From NCBI GenBank assembly GCA_963765765.1, contig CAVXYC010000023.1:64001-128000 (forward strand): a stretch of DNA of 64,000 bases. The letters run 5' to 3'. Within the stretch, counting starts at the first letter, position 1, and every line of letters begins with the position of its first letter. This DNA comes from an uncultured Chloroflexia bacterium. GTDB lineage: Bacteria; Chloroflexota; UBA6077; JACCZL01. This document shows positions 50,932 to 62,566 of the stretch, one piece after another. The translations under genes were made by a program, and so were the position numbers. The notes below the pieces were generated by a model, which searched no databases, had not been told where the DNA came from, and saw only the letters and a program-made list of their open reading frames with translations.

Positions 50932-52668
50932 ATGACGCGTTACGGCTCAGACCTGATCGTCGATCTCCTTCAGAAGTTCGAGATTCCGTGGGTGACACTC
51001 AACCCAGGGTCCTCATTCCGGGGCTTGCACGACTCAATGGTCAATTACGGTGGCAATAAGCCGCCGATGATCTTGTGCAACCATGAGGAGATCGCAGTAT
51101 TCATGGCCCACGGTTACGCCCGAACAACCGGGAAACCGATGGCTGCGATCGTCCACGATACGGTGGGTCTCCTGCACTGCGCCGAGGCCGTCTACTACGC
51201 GTACCTCGATCGCGTTCCGCTCCTGCTGTTAGGAGCCACCGGGCCGATGGACACCACCCGCCGACGTCCTCATATCGATTGGATCCACACCACGGTGATG
51301 CAGTCGCAACCGATCCGCGACTACATCAAGTGGGACCGTCAACCGGTGAACGCTACTGAGGTGGCGGAGTCTTTTGCGCGGGCTTACCGTGTGGCCACCC
51401 AGGAGCCGCGCGGGCCGGTGTATCTCGTGTATGACAGCGCTTTTCAGGAAGACCCGCTCAGCGAAGAAGTGGCCATTCCGGATCCGCGGAAAGTAACTGC
51501 CGGGACCCTGGCCCATCCCGATCCGGCCGCCGTGGAAGAGCTGGCGGACCTGCTGGTCAACGCTGAGATGCCCGTTTTGCTCGCATCCTATGCCGGGCGC
51601 AACCCATCGGCCTTCCACGATCTCGTCCGGCTAGCGGAAGCGACCGGCGCGGCGGTCATTGATGAGCGCATGCGACTGAATTTCCCGAACCGCCATCACC
51701 TGAACGTGACCGATTTCGAGCAGCCCTTCCTGGAGCGCGCCGATCTCGTTGTGGCGTTCGACCTCAAAGATCTGTACGGCCCGCTTGTGCGGCTCAATCG
51801 ACTAACGCGAGAGACCGAATACGTGACCGGGCCCGGGTGCAAGATCGCCGAGGTTGGCTACCGCGATATCAGTATCAGCAAGTGGTCAGACGAGTGGCAG
51901 CAGCTCGTGCCGGTGGATCTCCAGATCATTGCCGACACGTCCGTCACCCTCCCGCTGCTGGCGGATCGCGTGGCGGAGAAGATCTCGTCTAACCCCGCGG
52001 CTCAAAGTCGTGCGCGTGGACGAGCGGATGAGATCCGCGCCGCTCACGAGCAGCATTGGAGCAAATGGCAGGAGGACGCCAGGAAGGATTGGGATGTCGC
52101 GCCCATGAGCACGGCGCGCCTGGCTAGCGAGGTCTGGGATGTCATCAAGAACGAGGATTGGGTGATGACCTCGGCGTCACTCTCCAACTGGATCTTCAAG
52201 CTCTGGGACTTCGACCGTCCTGATCGCTACCCGGGCTCAGCGCTGGGCACGTCCACACAGATTGGGATCGCTCTCGGCGTAGCGCTGGCGCACAAGGGCA
52301 GCGGCAAGGTGGTAGTCAACCTCAACCCTGATGGCGACCTGATGTTCGATGCCGGCGCGCTCTGGATAGCTTCGAACAATGAGCTGCCGTTGCTGACGGT
52401 CATGTACAACAACCGCGCCTACTACAACGACTGGGAGCACCAGATTCGCATGGCCGAGCACCGCGGCACCCCTGTTGACAACGCGTGGATTGGCCAGGCG
52501 ATCGATGGTCCCGCGCCTGACTTCGGGGCGCTGGCGCGATCTATGGGTATGCACGGTGAGGGTCCGTTCGAGGATCCATCGGAGGTTGGACCCGCGTTGC
52601 GGCGGGCCCTCGAGGTGGTCAAATCTGGCAAGCCAGCACTGGTGGATACGGTCACTCGGCCACGGTGA
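50932..52668 (+). CDS. Thiamine diphosphate-dependent enzyme (acetolactate synthase/benzoylformate decarboxylase superfamily)
   Basis: NPGSSFRGLHDS, HEEIAVFMAHGYA, DGDLMF…YNNR, PALVD. Confidence 0.9.
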   Translation: MTRYGSDLIVDLLQKFEIPWVTLNPGSSFRGLHDSMVNYGGNKPPMILCNHEEIAVFMAHGYARTTGKPMAAIVHDTVGLLHCAEAVYYAYLDRVPLLLLGATGPMDTTRRRPHIDWIHTTVMQSQPIRDYIKWDRQPVNATEVAESFARAYRVATQEPRGPVYLVYDSAFQEDPLSEEVAIPDPRKVTAGTLAHPDPAAVEELADLLVNAEMPVLLASYAGRNPSAFHDLVRLAEATGAAVIDERMRLNFPNRHHLNVTDFEQPFLERADLVVAFDLKDLYGPLVRLNRLTRETEYVTGPGCKIAEVGYRDISISKWSDEWQQLVPVDLQIIADTSVTLPLLADRVAEKISSNPAAQSRARGRADEIRAAHEQHWSKWQEDARKDWDVAPMSTARLASEVWDVIKNEDWVMTSASLSNWIFKLWDFDRPDRYPGSALGTSTQIGIALGVALAHKGSGKVVVNLNPDGDLMFDAGALWIASNNELPLLTVMYNNRAYYNDWEHQIRMAEHRGTPVDNAWIGQAIDGPAPDFGALARSMGMHGEGPFEDPSEVGPALRRALEVVKSGKPALVDTVTRPR

Positions 52669-52805
52669 GCCGAGCCTAAGCGACGGCTCGTCGAAAGCTA
52701 AGCGAGGATCGCGATCAACGTGGCGTCCCTTGAGGGCCGCCACCTAGATTTCCATGACAGCGACCGGCAGAAGGGATACTCAGGTGACGCGGGTGAAGGG
52801 CGCCA

Positions 52806-53498
52806 CTACGGGTTAATGTCGCGACCGACTAACTCGCCAAGGTCTTCCAGCGCCCTGGCCGCGACCTTCAGATCATCCACAAGCATCTGATAAGCGGCGC
52901 GGCGTGCATCAGGGTCGGGCGATCGGAGGATCGCCGATGGATGGATTGTGGCCACTACTTTGAATCCGTGTTCAGAGGCGATGACGGTTCCACGCTGTTG
53001 CATTAATTTGAACTTCGGTCCGAGGACGGCCCGTGCCGCGGTGGCGCCGAGGCACACAACGACTGCTGGTCTGACGGCGCGGAATTCGGCCTCAAGCCAG
53101 GGGCGGCAGGCGTTGATCTCGTATGCCCCGGGCTTCTTGTGGATGCGCTTCTTCCCGCGCGGCTCGAATTTGAAGTGCTTGACGGCGTTAGTCACATAAG
53201 CTCTGTCGCGGGCAATTCCGGCTTCGGCGAGCGCCTCGTCCAGTAGCGTGCCAGCCGGACCCACGAATGGCGCTCCCTGACGGTCTTCCTGATCGCCGGG
53301 CTGCTCGCCGACGAGCATAATCCGGTCGTTCTCTGGGCCGGAGCCGAAGACTGCTTGAGTCGCGTCCTTGTAGAGATCGCACCCGTGGCATTCCTGGACA
53401 GCAGCACGTAACTCGGCGAGGCTGGCTGAGTCCGGAACGAATGGAGCGGCGCCGACCTCATTCTGATCGTCGGTCCCCGTGGTCTTTCGAGTTGGCAT
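52806..53498 (-). CDS. udgX: UdgX-type uracil-DNA binding protein (family 4 UDG)
   Basis: C..C.L Fe-S ligands, GEQPGDQED, NAVKHFK, R-loop RGKKRIHKKP, HPSAILR. Confidence 0.88.
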   Translation of the reverse strand: MPTRKTTGTDDQNEVGAAPFVPDSASLAELRAAVQECHGCDLYKDATQAVFGSGPENDRIMLVGEQPGDQEDRQGAPFVGPAGTLLDEALAEAGIARDRAYVTNAVKHFKFEPRGKKRIHKKPGAYEINACRPWLEAEFRAVRPAVVVCLGATAARAVLGPKFKLMQQRGTVIASEHGFKVVATIHPSAILRSPDPDARRAAYQMLVDDLKVAARALEDLGELVGRDINP

Positions 53499-53769
53499 GC
53501 TGGCCGGATCTGCAGCAATCGGGCCACGTCAATGGATCAGTCCCAGATCCGCGAACGTACCGAGCTCATCGCCGCCGAGCCTCGTCGACACGCGTGATCA
53601 GCTCATCAACCAGCGGGCTTCACGTGCTTCCCTCTCGGGAGCCACAGTGATTGGTTCCCCGGGGCGCCCGGGTCACACTCTCGCACGGGCTCGGCGCACC
53701 AGACACGAACCGACCTCGGACACCGCGACCGCCACCTCGGGGTAGCACTCTGCCAGCCATTTTCACCCG

Positions 53770-53799
53770 CCGGTGGTACCCCCGCGGGGGTACCACCGG
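53770..53799. repeat. Perfect 30-bp palindrome
   Basis: ccggtggtacccccgcgggggtaccaccgg. Confidence 0.85.
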
Positions 53800-53866
53800 A
53801 TCTCTGGGTTGCGCGGCAGGGCAAAGCGCGTGCCGAAAAATTGTAGACGGTAGAGCAGAGTCCCTT

Positions 53867-53983
53867 TGGTGGGTGGGCGTCCTCGTCCGCAGCGTCGAGG
53901 CCGCCCATAGAACTCAACACTGCCGATTGGAATCCCGAAGTGCGACCTCGACGGACGCGGCGGACGAGGACGTCCACCCACCA
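53867..53983. repeat. REP-doublet-like inverted repeat (30-bp arms, 2 mismatches)
   Basis: tggtgggtgggcgtcctcgtccgcagcgtc versus gacgcggcggacgaggacgtccacccacca. Confidence 0.78.
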
Positions 53984-54006
53984 GAGTGGCAGGGCATCCG
54001 CGAGAG

Positions 54007-55131
54007 CTAGCTAATGGTCAGACGCAGGACGCGGTCATCATCCGCTGAGGGCGACCCGCGGCCATCCCGGTTGCTCGTGAGCAGGTAATACGCGCCATCA
54101 GGCCCTTCGACGATGTCGCGCAGGCGACCGAACTGTCCCTGGATCACGGGTTCCAGACCTATCGCTCGGTGTGAGTCCTCTGGATCTAGTATGAGTCGAT
54201 AAAGCGACTGGCCGCGCAAGCCCGTGAACAGAAGCGACCCTGACCAGCTTCCTGACGAAACGAACGTTGCCCCGCCTGGCGCCCACGTCACGTTGGATCC
54301 GCTCTGCCAGATTGGCGAGATCATGCCCTCACGCTGCTCGTCGCCTGTGATCACCGGCCAGCCATAGTTCTGGCCGGCATCTATCCGGTTCACCTCGTCC
54401 AGGCAGCAGGTGGGGCGACCGCTCGGCCCGTGTTCGGTGGCGAAGAGCTGGCCGGTCCCGGGCTGCCAGGCCAGGCCCTGCGCATTGCGGTTACCGTATG
54501 AGTAGACGGTGGATCCCGGCCAGGGATTGTCCGCCGGAGCTGAGCCGTCTGTTTCCAGTCGATGAATCTTGCCATTCGGAATCGCCGGATCCTGCGCCAG
54601 CATGTCTGTCCCGGCATCACCCACCGTCCAGTAGAGCTTGCCGTCAGGGCCGAATCGAACGCGCCCTCCGTCGTGAACCGAGTTCGCTCGCACCCCATCC
54701 ACCAGCACGGCATCCTCGGCCCCAGTGCCCGTGGCTGGATCTTCACGGAGACGGGCGAGTTTGTTGACCAGACTGCCATCAGCCCCCCGATAGGTGTAGG
54801 CCGCGTACATCCAGCCATTGGAAGCGAATAAGGGATCAAGCGCAAGCCCCATAAGGCCTGCCTCACCGGTGCTGGCCACATTAAGGGTTGCCCATGGCTG
54901 GTCCTGGAGCTGCCCGTTGATCATCACGCGGATACGGCCCGGTCGTTCGGTGATGAAGACACGACCATCTGGAGCAAAGGCAATTTCCCAGGGAGCTTCG
55001 AGTCCCCGGGCCACCGTCTCAATTGACAGGGACGGATCTACTTGGGCTTCCACTGGATCAGCGACAGAAAAGCGCCCGATCAGGACGATCGCGAGGGACA
55101 AGAATATGATTCGACTTGCGAGCGGACTCAT
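54007..55131 (-). CDS. PQQ-dependent soluble sugar dehydrogenase (YliI/Asd-like)
   Basis: Signal peptide; GLEAPWEIAFAPDG, HDGGRVRFGPDGKLY, SYGNRNAQGLAW, TEHGP, NYGWP, GRLRD. Confidence 0.9.
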   Translation of the reverse strand: MSPLASRIIFLSLAIVLIGRFSVADPVEAQVDPSLSIETVARGLEAPWEIAFAPDGRVFITERPGRIRVMINGQLQDQPWATLNVASTGEAGLMGLALDPLFASNGWMYAAYTYRGADGSLVNKLARLREDPATGTGAEDAVLVDGVRANSVHDGGRVRFGPDGKLYWTVGDAGTDMLAQDPAIPNGKIHRLETDGSAPADNPWPGSTVYSYGNRNAQGLAWQPGTGQLFATEHGPSGRPTCCLDEVNRIDAGQNYGWPVITGDEQREGMISPIWQSGSNVTWAPGGATFVSSGSWSGSLLFTGLRGQSLYRLILDPEDSHRAIGLEPVIQGQFGRLRDIVEGPDGAYYLLTSNRDGRGSPSADDDRVLRLTIS

Positions 55132-55303
55132 CAGCGTTCTCCATCGTTCATGCCTTGAATCTTCGAGACGGATGCGCTTCGCATGACCTATGCCCACCAG
55201 CACTCCGGACTGCGGCGGTCTTCACCGCTTTCATTTCAAAGCGTAGCGGCCCGTGAGCTCGGCTTCCAGCGAAAACCGCCGCAGCTCAAATCCTGGCCGG
55301 TTC

Positions 55304-57343
<2,040 letters not shown>

Positions 57344-57374
57344 GGCATGTAAACCGGTCGTATGCTCATCATGA

Positions 57375-58535
57375 TTAGCTGGCAGTCATCGCGCTGCGAA
57401 GCAACTGTCGTGCCAGCGGAAGCCATTCGGCTCCGCGCTCTTCGAGACTCGTCAGCGCCTGCAGCTCCGTGTCACCTGCCTGGACGAGCTTCAGGCCCTC
57501 TGCACGAATCATAGTTCCGAGCTGCTTCATGACACCGCCGTAGATCGCTCGCCAGCGACGGTCCTCACTCTTGGAATCAAAGCCCATGCCTTTGAGATCC
57601 GTGGCGTAACGACCGAAGGGATAGGCGCCGCGTTCAACGGAGCGAAGCTTCTGGATCAGCTCCCCCGACCAGTCAGGGCCCGGTCCAGGTGGGCGATGAT
57701 CTCGACGACGCTTCGGAGTTTGCGTTCTCGTTGGAGCGACGCCAGCGCCGCGAGATCGTCAAAGTCGGCTGCCTCTGCGCCAAAGATCCCCGCGGCCAGC
57801 TTTCGTATGGCGCCACGAACGCCCGCCCCCAGGCGATAGTATCGCTCTGCCTGTTCCAGCGTTTTGATGGGGGTTCGATCGAGACGGGAAAGCTCCTCTG
57901 CGACGCTCCAGCCAATCAGCGGTGGAAAGAACTCAGTCCAATTCACCGGTACCAGCGCAGCCCAGGCGGGGTCCATTGGTCCTCTTGGCGTCAGGTGGCG
58001 CTCGATTCGCCATGGTATCCGGCGCCAGGAAGATCCCGTCGTGCAAGCGCGGATCGCTGGCTATGGCGCTCACGCGTCCAACGGCGGCTTGCAGGGCACG
58101 CTCGAGTAGCGGAGGCGGCTCGTCAAGCAATCCCTGAAGAACCGGCGTGCTCACCTGCTTGGTGTCAGCCGTTTCCAGCGTCCATTTGAAGTCCACGGGC
58201 TCCAGGATGATGGCTGCATCGAGCGTTCCGACAAGAATGGCGTCCGCGTGCGACTTTCCATTGGCTTGAACCTGAGCCGCTAAATCAGGCGCGGCCGAAA
58301 TGATGACCGCTTCACGTGGCGTGTACATCTCACCGTCTGGACCCGGTCGCGAGATATCAAGCAGTGTCAATAGCGCGCGTGCGCCCAGCGCTTCCCACTG
58401 CTTGCCAATCTGCTCGCTCGCCCCGCCCCAATCACCGATACGCCAGAGCTGCCGGCCCTCGAGGGGTGATTTGGCGGAGATAGGGCGCCGCTGAAAGGTA
58501 CGCCGTGGCGCGGGAGTCCCCGACTGCGTGTTCAT
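57375..58535 (-). CDS. Hypothetical protein in three frameshifted pieces
   Basis: Consecutive same-strand ORFs 58535-57933, 57976-57656 and about 57655-57375 overlap and read as one continuous protein. Confidence 0.55.
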
Positions 58536-58670
58536 GCTGCGAAGCGTACCACGGCTTGAGGATCGGCCGGTGCACGGACCGAGTGGCACCGGCGGCTCTA
58601 CCTGTCCAGTACGCCATCGCTGGATCCTGCGCTAATCGAGCGTTAGATCGACGTGGATCAGATCGCCGTT

Positions 58671-59696
58671 CTATTGACGAGCCTGGCCGCGTTGCCGGTT
58701 CCCGAAGGTACGGAAGGATGTGTGCGGCGGCGGGGCCGATGGCAGCGCATCGAGGATCTGCTGGAGCTTCGCGGTGGGCCGGTGTAGCGAGCGTCCATGT
58801 TTGTGCAGGTCGGTCCAGACGTCACCCGCGGCTGCAAGACGCTCGGGCAGGTTGCGCAGGGTGAACGATTGTGGGTGAACGGCGCCGCTCTCGATCTCAT
58901 CCCAGGTACACGGCGCGGAGATCGGCGCGCCGGGTTTAGGGCGAACCGCGTAGGCCGCGGCGAAGGTGGCGCTGTAGCCGTTGCGCCCGATATCAACGAA
59001 GATCCGGCCGTCACGCTCCACCTTAATGAACTCCTGAGTCAGGAGGTCGGGGTGGCGACCCACGAGCACCCGACCGACTGAGTCGGCGAACTTCCAGAGC
59101 TCGTCGAAACCGGCCTTGCCGTCCAGCGGCAGGACGATGTGGAAGCCCTTCGAGCCGGATGTCTTCACCCAGCTCGCTAGGCCCAGCTCGGCGAGGAGGT
59201 CACGGACCATGAGCGCGGCTGCACACACGCTCCCGGCATCCTCACTTGACGGGTCGAGGTCGAAGACGCACAGGTCTGGGTAATTCAGATCCGGCACGCG
59301 CGAGATCCAGACGTGGGGCGTGATGCAGTTCTGGTTCGCGAGCCACAGCAGTGACTGGAGGTCGTCAACCAGCGGGTGATGGACGACACCGCCCTTCTTC
59401 GGTACCTCCACTCGCTGCAGCCAGTCTGGGAAGCCTTTCGAGACATCCTTCTGGATAAAACCGCTGGCCCTGATGCCGGAAGGGAAGCGCTCCATCGAAA
59501 CCGGACGCCCGCGGACGTGCGGCAGCATTAGCGGCGCGACAGCCTCGTAGTAGTCCGCAAGCTCGCCCTTGGTGATGCCGTCTTCTGGAAAGAGCAGTTT
59601 TTCGGCGTGAGTAATCATGGTGCTTCCCTCAACACTTCGCGCGCCGACTTGTCGACGCGGATGCCGAGCAGCCGGGGGCGTCTCCTTCGTCGCCAT
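58671..59696 (-). CDS. Stand-alone LigD polymerase (AEP primase-polymerase) domain protein
   Basis: ITHAEKLLFPEDGITKGEL..YY, RFPSGI, FDLDP, KTSGSKGFH, GRIFVD..RN…AYAVR…SAPCTWDE. Confidence 0.9.
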   Translation of the reverse strand: MATKETPPAARHPRRQVGARSVEGSTMITHAEKLLFPEDGITKGELADYYEAVAPLMLPHVRGRPVSMERFPSGIRASGFIQKDVSKGFPDWLQRVEVPKKGGVVHHPLVDDLQSLLWLANQNCITPHVWISRVPDLNYPDLCVFDLDPSSEDAGSVCAAALMVRDLLAELGLASWVKTSGSKGFHIVLPLDGKAGFDELWKFADSVGRVLVGRHPDLLTQEFIKVERDGRIFVDIGRNGYSATFAAAYAVRPKPGAPISAPCTWDEIESGAVHPQSFTLRNLPERLAAAGDVWTDLHKHGRSLHRPTAKLQQILDALPSAPPPHTSFRTFGNRQRGQARQ

Positions 59697-59738
59697 CCCT
59701 CGTCTCCCCCGTGCGACTTCCGTCTCCCGTCCGTTGCG

Positions 59739-60923
59739 CTAACGGAAGAAGTACTTCTCCCAGATCTTCGCTAGCTCGGCGTTGTATGCCGGATCGGAAT
59801 CCTGATCGTCACGGGGCAGGATCTTCGCTCCGTCGATGCTGTATTCGGGCGCCTTGGCCGGTATGCCCGTTCGAACGGGTGTGCTTCCCGCCGCGGCAAC
59901 CGACGTCTGGCCCTCCTCGGAGAGAATCCAGTTGGCGAATAGCTTGGCGGCATTGGGGTGTGGCGCGTTCTTCACGACCGTCACGCTGATCGGTGTGATC
60001 GCCACGCCTTCTTCAGGGCGAATGAACTTGATGGGCGCGCCCTCGGTTGCGGCGCGATATGCGTTTTCAGCCGTGTCCGTGAGGAGAATGGTGTACTCAC
60101 CTCGGATGAGGGCGTTCCGGATATCGGCTGTCTGAGAACCTATGAAGACTTGCTGGTCAGCAAGCTTCTGCAGAAACGGCTCGCCGTAGATCTTGAGCAT
60201 GGCGGTGAGGACGGTGTTGCCACCACCGCTGCCGCGAGGATCCTGCATGGCGATCTTCCCCTTGAATTTCGGATCGACGAGATCAGCCCATCGCTGCGGG
60301 GCCTGCCCCTCTGGTAGGGCGCGCGTGTTCACGGTGAGCCCGTAGAGGTTCAAGTTGCGTGGGATAAGGATATTTCGTGGGTCGCGGAAGTCTTCTAGGA
60401 CGCCCTGCAGCTCCGGCGGCTGAAACGCGTCCAGAAATCCAAGTTTGTCCAGCTCGGTCGTGGAATCGGGCCCCGCTGAGACAATGTCCGCGACGACCTT
60501 CCCAGCGCCTTGCTCAGCAATGACCTTCTCGCGGCTATCTCGCCCACGTTGAGCCACGACCTGCAGATCTATGCCCTGGTAGCGCTTGTTCCAGGCTTCC
60601 TTCATCGGTTCCCACTGGCTAAGCTCGCCCGAGGCATAGATCACGACAGCGCCTTCGCGGCGCGCTGCCTCGGTCACTGAATCAGCGAGTGCGATTGCGG
60701 GTTTTGCAGCCGCGGCACTCACCGGTGAGGCAGCTGGCGATGCACCTGGAGAAGCGGCCGGCGCTGATGCCGGCCCTGCGGCTGGTGACGACGCGGCAGT
60801 CGGCTTCGGCGCCGATGTAGGTGCGCTTGTGGGCGTGCTGGCTACTGGGGGTGAGCAGGCAGTGATGACTGAGCAGAGCAATATCAATGCACCGGGAAAT
60901 CCCGGAAGGTTTCGGTAAATCAC
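59739..60923 (-). CDS. ABC transporter substrate-binding lipoprotein (AfuA-like) with Pro/Ala/Ser linker
   Basis: ITAC lipobox; AARREGAVVIY, WADLVDPKFKGKI, APHPNAAKLFANWILSEEGQ. Confidence 0.88.
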   Translation of the reverse strand: MIYRNLPGFPGALILLCSVITACSPPVASTPTSAPTSAPKPTAASSPAAGPASAPAASPGASPAASPVSAAAAKPAIALADSVTEAARREGAVVIYASGELSQWEPMKEAWNKRYQGIDLQVVAQRGRDSREKVIAEQGAGKVVADIVSAGPDSTTELDKLGFLDAFQPPELQGVLEDFRDPRNILIPRNLNLYGLTVNTRALPEGQAPQRWADLVDPKFKGKIAMQDPRGSGGGNTVLTAMLKIYGEPFLQKLADQQVFIGSQTADIRNALIRGEYTILLTDTAENAYRAATEGAPIKFIRPEEGVAITPISVTVVKNAPHPNAAKLFANWILSEEGQTSVAAAGSTPVRTGIPAKAPEYSIDGAKILPRDDQDSDPAYNAELAKIWEKYFFR

Positions 60924-61278
60924 GGATGTGCCTCCGATGGAGTTTCACGACGGGCCTTACAGCGACGCATCGCAGACTAACCTGAATGCTCGGTGACGGC
61001 AATAGCACATGCAACCGCACCCATGCGAGATCGCAGGAATCCGAAGCGGCACTTCCCTACGCCGCCCCGAGGGCGCTCCGCCTGGTGCAATCTGTTGCGG
61101 GCCTATTGGATCCCCGGTAGTATCGACTGTTAGATCGATGCCGGCCGGCCCACATGGACCGGCAACGGGGGGTGAACACACCGCACGACCACGGCTCCGG
61201 CTCAATAGCCCAGCAGAGCAGTGCCCACTTCCGGGCACAGAGTCATCCCAGCACAACCCTCGATTGGTTCGACGTCAT

Positions 61279-61300
61279 GCCAGGCCGAGCTCGGCCTGGC
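61279..61300. promoter_or_regulatory. Perfect 22-bp palindrome immediately upstream of the tctC-like RBS
   Basis: gccaggccgagctcggcctggc, followed by AGGAGG and ATG 61320. Confidence 0.45.
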
Positions 61301-61319
61301 TACGTCGTCAGGAGGTGCC

Positions 61320-62489
61320 ATGTCCCGCGGATCGCTTCTCATCGGGCTGCTCGCAATCATTGTCGGCTGTAGCCCTGCTGCTCAACCCTCGCCAACCGCC
61401 GCGCCGGCAAAGCCCGCCGCGGCTCCTACAGCGGCGCCCGCCGCGAAGCCGGCGGAAAAGGAAGCCGCCGCCAAGCCTGCTGAGAAAGCGGCGACATTAG
61501 CGCCCGACTACTTCAAAGATAAGACCGTGCGCGTCATCACGGGCTATGAGCCCGGGAGCGGCTCCGATCAGCAGGCCCGTTATCTGGCGCAGGAGTGGCC
61601 GAAGTTCATCCCAGGCAACCCACGGATGACGGTGACAAACCAGCCTGGAGCCTCCGCCATCATCGCGGCCAATGGCATGTGGGAAGCCAAACCTGACGGC
61701 ATGACGGTCTATTACGGTAGCGGTGGCGGCCCCGAGGTGCAGCTCGCGCGACCCGAGGAAGTTCGCTACAAGTTCGACGAGTTCGTGCGTATCGGAAGTT
61801 TCGAGCAGCGGCCATCGCTCTGGGTGGTTCTCGGAACCGCTCCATACAAGCGTATCCAGGACGCGATCGGTGGTGACAAGGAGTTCACGTTCGGAACGCC
61901 CACCGAAGGCGACAGCTACGAGATCAACATGCTCAAGGACTTCCTGAGGCTGCCGGTGCGTGTGGTGTATGGCATTCAGGCTGGAACTGCGCAGACCCTG
62001 CTTGCCTTTGACCGCAAGGACGTGGATAGCCAGATCACCGGTGGCGCCTGGATCCAGTACGCAAAGCAACGGCCTGGCTGGTGGACGGACAAGTACGTCG
62101 AGCCATTCGCCATCATTGCAAGTCCGTCTATCAAGTTTGTGAACAACGGCGAGATGGACCTGCCGTCCGACGTGAAGAACGTCCGCGATTTCATGACGGA
62201 CGAGCAGAAGCGCCTTTACCAGATTCTTGGCACCGGCGAAAACGAGCTCTACCGCACTGGTTTCCTTCCGCCGGGTACCCCCGCCGAGATTCAACAGGTC
62301 TACTCGGATTCCCTCGCGACAGCGCTGAAGGATGCCGCGTTCCTTGACGGCCTCACCAAGATCATGGGACGGGACCCCGACCCGTTTATCACAGGACCCG
62401 AGCTCAACAGGATCGCCAAGTCATTTGATATGAAGGAGCTCGATCAGCTCCTGATCAAGTATCGGCCCGGATACAAGTCGCCATTCTGA
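61320..62489 (+). CDS. Tripartite tricarboxylate transporter substrate-binding lipoprotein (TctC/Bug-like)
   Basis: IVGC lipobox; YFKDKTVRVITGYEPGSGSD..AR, IPGNP…NQPGA, KPDGMT, PPGTP. Confidence 0.82.
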   Translation: MSRGSLLIGLLAIIVGCSPAAQPSPTAAPAKPAAAPTAAPAAKPAEKEAAAKPAEKAATLAPDYFKDKTVRVITGYEPGSGSDQQARYLAQEWPKFIPGNPRMTVTNQPGASAIIAANGMWEAKPDGMTVYYGSGGGPEVQLARPEEVRYKFDEFVRIGSFEQRPSLWVVLGTAPYKRIQDAIGGDKEFTFGTPTEGDSYEINMLKDFLRLPVRVVYGIQAGTAQTLLAFDRKDVDSQITGGAWIQYAKQRPGWWTDKYVEPFAIIASPSIKFVNNGEMDLPSDVKNVRDFMTDEQKRLYQILGTGENELYRTGFLPPGTPAEIQQVYSDSLATALKDAAFLDGLTKIMGRDPDPFITGPELNRIAKSFDMKELDQLLIKYRPGYKSPF

Positions 62490-62496
62490 GACCGCC

Positions 62497-62553
62497 GAGT
62501 GATGAGTGATGAGTCCAGGATGCACTCCTACTCATTGCTCATCACTTGTCACT
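62497..62553. repeat. Heptamer (GAGTGAT/ACTCATC) inverted repeat
   Basis: gagtgatgagtgatgagt…actcattgctcatcact. Confidence 0.6.
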
Positions 62554-62566
62554 AGTTGGGCTGAGT

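Noticed and set aside
60700-61490. Pro/Ala/Ser/Lys repeats in the two lipoproteins as DNA tandem repeats
   Set aside because: Codons vary between units; these are ordinary flexible protein linkers.
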